From NCBI GenBank assembly GCA_048884785.1, contig JBHLQM010000051.1:1-26103 (forward strand): 26,103 bases of DNA. Direction: 5' to 3'. Shown piece after piece: positions 15,814 through 23,352 of this stretch. Both the position numbers and the translations under genes were made by a program. This DNA is from Candidatus Thorarchaeota archaeon. Its GTDB lineage: Archaea; Asgardarchaeota; Thorarchaeia; Thorarchaeales; Thorarchaeaceae. The notes under the pieces are model-generated. The model made no database searches and was not told the origin of the DNA. It saw nothing but the letters and a program-made list of their open reading frames with translations. How positions within the stretch are numbered: position 1 is the stretch's first letter; every line of letters begins with the position of its first letter.

Positions 15814-17799
15814 CTAACGGATCTTCTTCGCGAAGTACGCTGTGCCTAATGCAACGGGGATTAATGCCAATCCAAGAATCACAAGAAGAGAATTAATACG
15901 TGGATTTCGATCAGGACCATCAGGAGAAAGGTCGACATCATAGTCAGGAACTAACGGATTCAGTCCTTCTATGAGCTCCAATTGATCTCGAAGTCCGTCT
16001 TCATCAGAATCCTCATTGAGGGGGTTTGTGCCAATCGCAATCTCATCAGGGTCAGAGATGCCATCGAAATCCCCATCAGCTGACATGGGGTCCGATTTAT
16101 AGGTGTACTCTTGGATATTTGTGAGATTGTCGTTATCGAAGTCTAACTGCGCGTCATTTACCATTGGATTGGTATGATAAGTTATCTCCCAGAAATCATC
16201 CATTACATCCTGATCTGTATCTGTTGAATTCGGATAGGTACCCAACCCGTATTCACGGATATTGGCCAGTCCATCATCATCCAAATCCTCCAAACTATCA
16301 TCTACAAGAGGATTCAGGCCAAATCTGTATTCATATCCATCAGGCATTGAATCCAAATCTGTGTCTGCAACGAAGATATCAGTACCTGCGGATTTTTCCA
16401 GTGAATCACTAAGACCATCAAGGTCCCAGTCAAGCGGCGGTTCAGGTTCTGACCAAGTGTATTCTTCTGAATCCAGTGTGCCATCTCCGTCAAAATCAAA
16501 CTCGTATTCTAATTCGATTTTGACTTGAGATGTAAAATTGCCTGTATTCCTTACTCCAATTCTTACGAGTTGCACTCCGGACATCTCAGTGAAGAATAGG
16601 GTAGTATTCGTCTCACTACTGGTGAGAGTTTCAATGACTTCCGAATCAGACCTAAGTGTGAATTCAAGAGGCTGACTGCTGTTTTGCAAAAGATGAAGTT
16701 CTATGAGCTGACTTGTTGACATCATATTCCAGTAGCTGGCAGAAGTCATGGAAGTCAAATTCGCAGCAAATCGGCTTCTAATAGGCTCTCCATTTCCACT
16801 ATTAGCTAGGAATATTGCCAGCGAGGCGATAGCGAGTGTGAGCTTCCTAACATTCTCCATGCTATAATCAGAACTAGAGATAGAATCTGTTGGAGGATCA
16901 AGTGGATTGAGTTCTTCGGCACCTCGGATGTTTATTGTTGGTAGTCCGAGGTCTATGAATGACTTTTGGTCGTTAATGGTTTGTCCCCTAGGAGATATTG
17001 AAAGTAGATTTTCCCCGTTCTGCCTGAATGCGGTGTCCAACAAATCACATAGGAATTCGCTGCGATAGTACCCAGGCTGTGATAGTGATTCATATTGAGC
17101 CTCAAATCCGGACCTTGACAGCATTACCTCTTCAAAGTTGTAAACGGCCATCACTTCGATTCCTTCATCTATGAAGTACTGGGCCATTTCTTTTGATCCA
17201 TAAAGAAAGGGAAGCAAATCACCATTTGGAGCATAATCGCCGGCTTTCGAATACGAGTAAAAAACATAGTAAATATCAATAGGAAGTCGGAATTGACTGA
17301 GAATCTCAGCAAGCATTACTATCAGCGCACATCCTCCACCATTCTGAAGTATGGTGAGTGTTGATCCGGGTTCAGTGTCAAGATAGGCACCAAAAACCAA
17401 GGCGCGTTCATCATTCCCGAAACCCTTCTGAAGACCAACAAGAGAGTCGTAACTTCCTTCAAGCCAACTATCAATCCCAAAACTCTCGAGTTTTGAACTG
17501 ATGTATTCAGCCGCCGCGAAATATCCCGCTGGCTGGTATACCATACTTCGGTATGGATAGAGGTCAATCTGAGACAAGTGATTGGCGATATTTGTGGCTT
17601 CAGTTAGTTTCCTTGGAAGGTCCCACCAATTCAGATTGTTATAGGGATGTGGAATAATTTCTCTCTGTGGCGCTGTACCATCAGGTCCATCAACTGATAG
17701 ATATGTGATTATTGCATAGCCAGCAATAATCATTCCCACTACTGCGATAATGGCAAATATCCGTCGACGAGACCTCAAGATTTGTATTGCTCCTTGCAT
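15814..17799 (-). CDS. Membrane-anchored surface protein: degenerate M28 peptidase-fold domain, beta domain, DxDxDG Ca-binding repeats, C-terminal TM
   Basis: N-terminal signal/TM; M28 scaffold (AAAEYISSKLESFG, LVFGAYLDT, NGGGCA, DIYYVFY, GS, AVYNFE, NDQKSF, GLPTI); acidic repeats; C-terminal TM plus KKIR. Confidence 0.75.
   Translation of the reverse strand: MQGAIQILRSRRRIFAIIAVVGMIIAGYAIITYLSVDGPDGTAPQREIIPHPYNNLNWWDLPRKLTEATNIANHLSQIDLYPYRSMVYQPAGYFAAAEYISSKLESFGIDSWLEGSYDSLVGLQKGFGNDERALVFGAYLDTEPGSTLTILQNGGGCALIVMLAEILSQFRLPIDIYYVFYSYSKAGDYAPNGDLLPFLYGSKEMAQYFIDEGIEVMAVYNFEEVMLSRSGFEAQYESLSQPGYYRSEFLCDLLDTAFRQNGENLLSISPRGQTINDQKSFIDLGLPTINIRGAEELNPLDPPTDSISSSDYSMENVRKLTLAIASLAIFLANSGNGEPIRSRFAANLTSMTSASYWNMMSTSQLIELHLLQNSSQPLEFTLRSDSEVIETLTSSETNTTLFFTEMSGVQLVRIGVRNTGNFTSQVKIELEYEFDFDGDGTLDSEEYTWSEPEPPLDWDLDGLSDSLEKSAGTDIFVADTDLDSMPDGYEYRFGLNPLVDDSLEDLDDDGLANIREYGLGTYPNSTDTDQDVMDDFWEITYHTNPMVNDAQLDFDNDNLTNIQEYTYKSDPMSADGDFDGISDPDEIAIGTNPLNEDSDEDGLRDQLELIEGLNPLVPDYDVDLSPDGPDRNPRINSLLVILGLALIPVALGTAYFAKKIR
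15910..16497 (-). repeat. About 9 tandem acidic DxDxD(G)xxDxxE repeats (thrombospondin type-3-like Ca-binding)
   Basis: DFDGDGTLDSEE, DWDLDGLSDSLE, DTDLDSMPDGYE, DLDDDGLANIRE, DTDQDVMDDFWE, DFDNDNLTNIQE, DGDFDGISDPDE, DSDEDGLRDQLE, DYDVDLSPDGPD, mostly linked by G-[TL]-[ND]-P spacers. Confidence 0.85.
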
Positions 17800-17812
17800 G
17801 AGAATTTCTCAT
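17798..17812. promoter_or_regulatory. Perfect inverted repeat ATGAGAA-T-TTCTCAT, candidate operator
   Basis: Overlaps the start codon of 15814..17799 and lies just downstream of a minus-strand TTTAT box (17821-17825). Confidence 0.4.
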
Positions 17813-18029
17813 AGTGTCTCATAAATACGCAACGGCTAGGGCAAGCAATATAGAAATGCGACTATGAATCCATTCAATTCGTATTATAATCTGTTTCTAG
17901 TCTAATTCAAGCTTTTTCAATGTTCAACTTACTCCGAGCAAAAAGGACGATTCGGACCATAGACCATAGGGACTAGTTTTTATGTATAAAATCAGGAAAT
18001 GGAATACCCCGAATACAGGAGCTACTTAG

Positions 18030-19133
18030 ATGTCGTACGACCGATGTGTGCGATGTGGGTCATGCTTAAAGATATGTCCCATCTTTGACGCGATGGGTGA
18101 AGAACAGTATTCACCCCGTGGAAAGAACTACATACTGCAAATTATGGATCAGATAGAAGACGACCCTGAAGCTGCAAAGGAATTCAGGAAACTACTCTTT
18201 ACATGCACAATGTGTGGGCGATGTAAAGAAACATGTTCTTCGGATGTCGACCTCCTCAAAGTTTGGCATGAACAAAGAGGTAACGCTGTTCGCGAGCATC
18301 CAGAGGAATTTGCCTATCTTGATTCATTGCGAGATGCTCTTGAAAATGTGCAAAACATCTACGGTCTCGATCCAGAAGACAGAGCAATCTATTGGCTTGA
18401 TGAACTTGAGGACGAGATTCCTGGAATCGCTGATAGAGTATATGAGTCTGGGAAGACAGCTGATGTGATGGTTTTCCTTGGATGCCTGATGTCCTTCAGA
18501 GGAACCCAGCTGGATGTTCTAAGATCGCTTTTCAAAGCTCTTGAGAAGTCTGGCACAAGCTATTTAGTAATGGGATCTCAGGAATTCTGTTGTGGTCATC
18601 CCCTCTATCTTATGGGCGATGATCAGGGTGCGGATGAGCTTCGGAAACATAACAAGAATGTCATTGTGGATGCCAAGGCGAAGCAAGTAATCACTTGCTG
18701 CCCAGGTTGCCTAATCCAGTTGAAGGAGCATCATGATCTAGGCGATATTCAGGCATTACATCACACACAGTTCTTCGACATTCAGTATGACGAGCTACCT
18801 GGCTATAAACACGAAAAACAGTTCGCATATCATGATCCCTGTGAACTCCATAGAATCCTTGAGATTAAGAAAGAGCCAAGGTCTTTACTCAAGAAAATGA
18901 GCGTAGACTACAGGGATATTGAACCGAGCTGCTGTGGCGGCGGAGGTCTCCTACGAATGACTGACTCAAACTTGAGCAATATCATTCTTGGGATGAAAGC
19001 TGCTAGTGAAAGACTCAAGGAAACAACTGTACTCACATGCTGCCCGTCATGCAGAGAGCAACTACTAAGCAACGACCTGCGAACAAGAGACATCGTCGAG
19101 CTTGTCTCTGAGGTCTTGGAGGAGGAGAAGTAG
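18030..19133 (+). CDS. Fe-S oxidoreductase, GlcF/GlpC/HdrD family (2x[4Fe-4S] plus two CCG domains)
   Basis: CVRCGSCLKICP and CTMCGRCKETC; FLGC...CCG...CCPGC; HDPC...CCGGGG...CCPSC; AGGAG SD. Confidence 0.9.
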   Translation: MSYDRCVRCGSCLKICPIFDAMGEEQYSPRGKNYILQIMDQIEDDPEAAKEFRKLLFTCTMCGRCKETCSSDVDLLKVWHEQRGNAVREHPEEFAYLDSLRDALENVQNIYGLDPEDRAIYWLDELEDEIPGIADRVYESGKTADVMVFLGCLMSFRGTQLDVLRSLFKALEKSGTSYLVMGSQEFCCGHPLYLMGDDQGADELRKHNKNVIVDAKAKQVITCCPGCLIQLKEHHDLGDIQALHHTQFFDIQYDELPGYKHEKQFAYHDPCELHRILEIKKEPRSLLKKMSVDYRDIEPSCCGGGGLLRMTDSNLSNIILGMKAASERLKETTVLTCCPSCREQLLSNDLRTRDIVELVSEVLEEEK

Positions 19134-19134
19134 G

Positions 19135-20472
19135 ATGAAACTACGAGACATAGCTATCGGAGCCAATGCATCAATATACTACAAGATGGACTTCAAAAAG
19201 ATCAGGGGCGTGTTCTATCCTCGGACTGAGGAGGAGCTAGTTGAAACAATCACCAAAGCCAAAGAGCAGGGCTATGGAGTGACACCTAAGGGAGGTGGCT
19301 CGGGCCTCAGCGGTGCCTGTACAGGTGGGAATGAAGAAAGAGTAATGATAAGCAGTCTCCAGATGCGACAGATTCTGACAGTATCGAAAGACCAGAAGTA
19401 TGTAGATGTCCAGCCTGGTGCCACGCCTGATGAGATCAACAAGCTGCTTGCACCAATGAAAATGAAGTTCTATGTTGCCCCTAGTAGCAGAGATATTGCA
19501 ACTGCTGGTGGAATTCTGAGCACTGATGGAGGAGGAAATGATACATGGGTCAACGGAACTATGCGCGACAATACCCTGCGAGTGAAGATGGTCCTCTATG
19601 ATGGTCGAAAGCTAACGATTTCAGAAGATGGAGTCATATGTGATGACAAAGGCCTTGAAGCAGAACTCAAGAAGCAAAAAATGAGCATTCATGATATAGC
19701 TGGGTCACATGGAACCTTGGGATTCATTAGCGAACTACGTCTGTTGATAAAGCCCATTCAGACCAAGCCTGTCGTAGGCGGTATCGTCAACTACTCTGAT
19801 AACAATGAGGCAGGAAAGGCTCTGGACTTGATGATCGCTCGGAGGATTCCTGTAGAATATGGAGAGGTAATAGCATCAGCTCATGAAGATGTTCGGGGAG
19901 ACCTCACACCCCCGGTACATATCCTCGAGGTCACAGAAGATGCGATCTCCCAGTTGTCAGAGATTGTAGACTTAAAGCGACTCCCGAAAGAAGAGGTAGC
20001 CTATATGAAGGATGTAAGAATCAAACTCCCGAAGCGACAACCAAAGGTTGGAAATCAGCTCGCGCTGTTCGAGGACTATGGATTCTATGGTGAAAGCTTG
20101 CGTAAGATGCAGGATGGAATTGACGAGATTGATGCGCTACTTAGAAAGCATGGTTTCACACCATTCGCTAAATATGGGCACGGCCCGAGTAAATGGTATC
20201 AAGGAAACAACACAGCAACCTATGGAATAATTCTGCATTCGCGGGAAATCAGGCCCGAAGGCAAGACAGGAAAGGAGATCTATCAAGGAGTTCTCGACAT
20301 CGTCAATCTCTGTACAAGGTTGAAGGTAACACCTAAGCCAGAGCACAAATGGCCTTTCTCTGATGAGGTGAAGAATGCTAGACTCATCGAGCTGAGGAGA
20401 ATCATTGGAGATGGTTTCAACGCATTCCTCCTGGATTCTAGCTGCAACGATACACTCGCAGCGATGGTGTAG
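19135..20472 (+). CDS. FAD-binding oxidoreductase, GlcD / D-2-hydroxyacid dehydrogenase-like
   Basis: PKGGGSGLSGA, VDVQPG, APSS...ATAGG...TDGGG, GSHGTLGFI; C-terminal GH...LH...EH metal-site-like residues; ATG 19135 one base after the upstream stop, with GGAGGAG SD. Confidence 0.82.
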   Translation: MKLRDIAIGANASIYYKMDFKKIRGVFYPRTEEELVETITKAKEQGYGVTPKGGGSGLSGACTGGNEERVMISSLQMRQILTVSKDQKYVDVQPGATPDEINKLLAPMKMKFYVAPSSRDIATAGGILSTDGGGNDTWVNGTMRDNTLRVKMVLYDGRKLTISEDGVICDDKGLEAELKKQKMSIHDIAGSHGTLGFISELRLLIKPIQTKPVVGGIVNYSDNNEAGKALDLMIARRIPVEYGEVIASAHEDVRGDLTPPVHILEVTEDAISQLSEIVDLKRLPKEEVAYMKDVRIKLPKRQPKVGNQLALFEDYGFYGESLRKMQDGIDEIDALLRKHGFTPFAKYGHGPSKWYQGNNTATYGIILHSREIRPEGKTGKEIYQGVLDIVNLCTRLKVTPKPEHKWPFSDEVKNARLIELRRIIGDGFNAFLLDSSCNDTLAAMV

Positions 20473-20498
20473 TGGAATACTTTCGGCTATGTCTCTGA

Positions 20499-20516
20499 GG
20501 GGTTTTTATACCCCCC
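20499..20516 (+). promoter_or_regulatory. TATA box (TTTTTATA) flanked by G4 and C6 runs upstream of the Orc1/Cdc6-like gene
   Basis: GGGG-TTTTTATA-CCCCCC; TATA ends about 28 nt before ATG 20539, which fits a leaderless or short-leader transcript. Confidence 0.5.
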
Positions 20517-20538
20517 TAGAGACCAACTTCTGATAAGA

Positions 20539-21675
20539 ATGAAGAGGGTAGACGTCAGTCCTAAGGGGCTATTCGATCCATATTATGTTCCGGAAAAGTT
20601 GCTTCACAGGGATAGGGAGCTTGACAGCATTGGTGGTATTTATGCTGATTCCTACACGGGGGAATATGGAATCAATTGCCTGGTTCATGGAATAACAGGG
20701 GTGGGCATGACTGTATTCTCTCGCTACTTTCTTACGAGATTGATACCTGAGAGCTTCGATGCATATACAATCTACGTTGATGCAAAAAACAAGGACTCTC
20801 TTGAAATTGTTTCAGAGCTCAGCGATAAGGTTCACCGACAAACAAACACTCCAGTGACATTTGCGTTTGACCTTGATGTTCTTTGGATGCAGCTCAAACG
20901 TACTGCTTCAACAACACCAAAGAGGGGTGTATTTGTCATAGACAACATCGATGAACGAAATGAAGAGGTATATGCGAAGGTTGCACGACTCTCGAAAGAG
21001 ATCAATGCAAGCACTATTGGAGTCCTAAATAGTCATGACTATCGACTACTCACAAAGGGACAGGCAAGTAGCATGGCCTATGATTTCGAAGTCCCATTGG
21101 ACACCTACACACAGTCTCAACTCTATGATATAGTGCGAATGCGTGTTGAAGACACCTTTCCTCATGGACTTACAGACGAGATTGTTCGATATATCACAGA
21201 TTGTGTTGTCGAGTTTGATGCATCCAAACCTAAGACAACCGTTGAAGCTCTGAAGGTCTTATGGCCTATGGCATCAAAAGGACAAGAGATTGACTCAGAT
21301 ATGGTGAGAAGTGCAACCGCACATATCAGTGCCTTCGCACACGACCAAGACTACATGGATATCATTGACACCATCAGCATGAATGATTTCATGACACTGC
21401 TTGTTCTGGAGGCTCTCTCTGAGCATCTCATGCGTTACAAGACAGAAACATACATCGACAGGAAAACACTGAATGAGATTGTCCAGATAAAATGCGAGGA
21501 GCTGAATGTTAAGTATGCACCTGATGATATTGAAAGGAGCCTTCAGACCCTGATTTTCCAGAGTGTCATTTTTGAATCAGGATACTCAAGGAATTTACTC
21601 TACGTCCTCGTTCCACCCGAGATTCTCTATGATTCGGCAATGACACTCAGAAGAGAATTAGCAAGAAGAAAATGA
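20539..21675 (+). CDS. Orc1/Cdc6-family AAA+ protein with degenerate Walker A and Walker B motifs
   Basis: LFDPYYVPEKLLHRDREL, NCLVHGITGVGMT, YVDA, VFVIDNID, YTQSQLYDIVRMRV, C-terminal winged-helix-like region. Confidence 0.85.
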   Translation: MKRVDVSPKGLFDPYYVPEKLLHRDRELDSIGGIYADSYTGEYGINCLVHGITGVGMTVFSRYFLTRLIPESFDAYTIYVDAKNKDSLEIVSELSDKVHRQTNTPVTFAFDLDVLWMQLKRTASTTPKRGVFVIDNIDERNEEVYAKVARLSKEINASTIGVLNSHDYRLLTKGQASSMAYDFEVPLDTYTQSQLYDIVRMRVEDTFPHGLTDEIVRYITDCVVEFDASKPKTTVEALKVLWPMASKGQEIDSDMVRSATAHISAFAHDQDYMDIIDTISMNDFMTLLVLEALSEHLMRYKTETYIDRKTLNEIVQIKCEELNVKYAPDDIERSLQTLIFQSVIFESGYSRNLLYVLVPPEILYDSAMTLRRELARRK

Positions 21676-21680
21676 AATGG

Positions 21681-21704
21681 TGTGGACCGGAAGAACCGGC
21701 CACA
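21681..21704 (-). terminator. Hairpin between the convergent Orc1/Cdc6-like and gcvH genes
   Basis: TGTGG(A)CCGG-AAGAA-CCGGCCACA; on the minus strand it is followed by CCATTTCATTTTCTTCTT. Confidence 0.55.
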
Positions 21705-21713
21705 TATACTGTA

Positions 21714-22154
21714 TTATTCGCCCTTCATAGCCTTTTTAGATGTAACCTCGCCCTTGGCCCAGGCTTCCAGGCCACTGGCTCCTTGAAGAGCAGTGAACTC
21801 AGACATATCTTCAGGATCAATGACTGCTATCCAGCCTGCACCATATGGGTCGTCATTCAGTAAAGCAGGATTGTCTTTCAATGCATCATTGACCTCAGTG
21901 ATGATTCCGCCGACCGGTGCCTTTACGGCTCCAGTCCACTTGCCAGATTCAAGAGTACCGATACTTCGACCACTCTTGACATCCTTTCCAGCTGGTCTGA
22001 GCCGAATGAACTTTATCTTGCCTGCTGCATATGCACCAAGCTGAGTGATGCCCAGTCTAATCTTTCCGCCCTCTTCCTTCAACCATAGCGAGTCGGTTTC
22101 GCTAGAGTAGTAGCGAAGGCCATCAGGGAAATCGAACTCGTCAACTTTTACCAT
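21714..22154 (-). CDS. gcvH: Glycine cleavage H protein / lipoyl-carrier family protein
   Basis: FPDGLRYY, RLGIT, GTLESGKWTG (lipoyl Lys), APVGGIITEVN, NPALLNDDPYGAGWI. Confidence 0.88.
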   Translation of the reverse strand: MVKVDEFDFPDGLRYYSSETDSLWLKEEGGKIRLGITQLGAYAAGKIKFIRLRPAGKDVKSGRSIGTLESGKWTGAVKAPVGGIITEVNDALKDNPALLNDDPYGAGWIAVIDPEDMSEFTALQGASGLEAWAKGEVTSKKAMKGE

Positions 22155-22233
22155 GGCTAATACACCTTATCTGTTTAGAAATTGTAGGGACTATAAGACA
22201 GTTTCGGAGAGTCATATATCTATCCATGAGAAG

Positions 22234-22446
22234 TCAATCTGGGTCTTCATTGCCATTAATGGCCTTGCGCATATGGTCAAGCTCCTTGATATCCACTTCA
22301 ACGTAGACTGAACCTGAATATCCGCAACCCTCTGCACTGCAATAATAGGTGGGTGGAACTAGCCAGCCCCCTACTGAACTGGCTGCCGCTCTTAGATTTG
22401 AACTGCCACACTTTGGGCAGACTCGTACAGTACGCTGTGTCAACAC
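22234..22446 (-). CDS. Small Zn-ribbon protein
   Basis: CPKCGS...GGW...YYCSAEGCGYSG; GGAGG upstream of GTG/TTG starts. Confidence 0.8.
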   Translation of the reverse strand: MLTQRTVRVCPKCGSSNLRAAASSVGGWLVPPTYYCSAEGCGYSGSVYVEVDIKELDHMRKAINGNEDPD

Positions 22447-22486
22447 ACATCCTCCCGACGTGATACATTATATCTATCGCCTTGGC

Positions 22487-22520
22487 TTTTAAACTGCCTG
22501 CCGGCGGCAGACTGCAGTTT
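22487..22520. promoter_or_regulatory. GC-rich inverted repeat overlapping a TATA-like box in a divergent promoter region
   Basis: AAACTGC-CTGCC-GGC-GGCAG-(ACT)-GCAGTTT (22491-22520) overlapping TTTTAAA (22487-22493). Confidence 0.5.
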
Positions 22521-22567
22521 TCGCTTTCAGGGGCGGTTATTAGTGCATGACATGACAAGAGTATGAG

Positions 22568-23338
22568 ATGAGAAAGCCCAAGTCAGACCTTATGCCTGGG
22601 TTCTTCACAGCAGACCAGGTCATAAGAAGAAGAATGAAGACAGGAATCACAGCTATAGATGAATTGCTCGATGGTGGACTTGAGTGCGGGCTTACCCATC
22701 TCTTCTATGGCGCAAAAGGACTCCATGATGACCTGCTCAAGATGACAGTACACACCCAGGTTCCAGAAGATAAGGGAGGCATTGGAACCCCGGTGATTAT
22801 CATAGATAGTGCAAACATGCTCAAGATCGAGAAGATGACAGACTTTGCGTTTGAATTCGAACTCGAGCCAGAAGAGGTCATGGATAACATCTACATCACC
22901 CGGGCATTCAATTCATCGCAGACCTATGACCTTGTGATGAGCCAGCTGGATGAGTTCTTCCAGCGGGTTCCTGCTCGACTCCTGTTAGTAACCGGCCTTC
23001 CAGACCTCTATATCAAAGAGGGAATGACAGGAGAAGGCGCTCAACATTTGACACACATGGCAACTCGACTAATGACCTTCACTCTGCAGAGGGAACTATT
23101 CACTGTTATCTCAGCACCTCCTGCAGACAAAAATCAAAATGTCCCAGTAGGGGGAAAGGCTCTGGCCAGCTGTGCACAGGTTCATGTACAGGTCGACGAA
23201 CAGAAGTCATACTTCAGGTACACACTCGCAAAGCACCCTAATCTTCCAATTAGGCGGACCTCTCGCTCAAAACCAGTCAGTTTTGGTACGACCCTGCCGC
23301 TCTCGCACTTCATTGGCTCTGAAGACGAGAAGGAGTGA
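22568..23338 (+). CDS. RadA/Rad51-fold paralogue lacking a Walker A motif
   Basis: KTGITAIDELLDGGL, QVPEDKGG, IIDSAN, LEPEEVMDNIYITRAFNS and GGKALA are RadA core motifs; the P-loop reads FYGAKGLHDD and the Walker B position reads LLLVTG. Confidence 0.82.
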   Translation: MRKPKSDLMPGFFTADQVIRRRMKTGITAIDELLDGGLECGLTHLFYGAKGLHDDLLKMTVHTQVPEDKGGIGTPVIIIDSANMLKIEKMTDFAFEFELEPEEVMDNIYITRAFNSSQTYDLVMSQLDEFFQRVPARLLLVTGLPDLYIKEGMTGEGAQHLTHMATRLMTFTLQRELFTVISAPPADKNQNVPVGGKALASCAQVHVQVDEQKSYFRYTLAKHPNLPIRRTSRSKPVSFGTTLPLSHFIGSEDEKE

Positions 23339-23352
23339 TGTGGTTTCCATCA

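Noticed and set aside
15910-16497. CRISPR array or DNA tandem repeat
   Set aside because: The repetition is at the protein level only; the nucleotide units are degenerate and lie inside a CDS
20473-20538. Replication origin next to the Orc1/Cdc6-like gene
   Set aside because: The spacer is only 66 bp, with no repeated ORB elements and no AT-rich unwinding region; AGTGGAA is only a single partial resemblance
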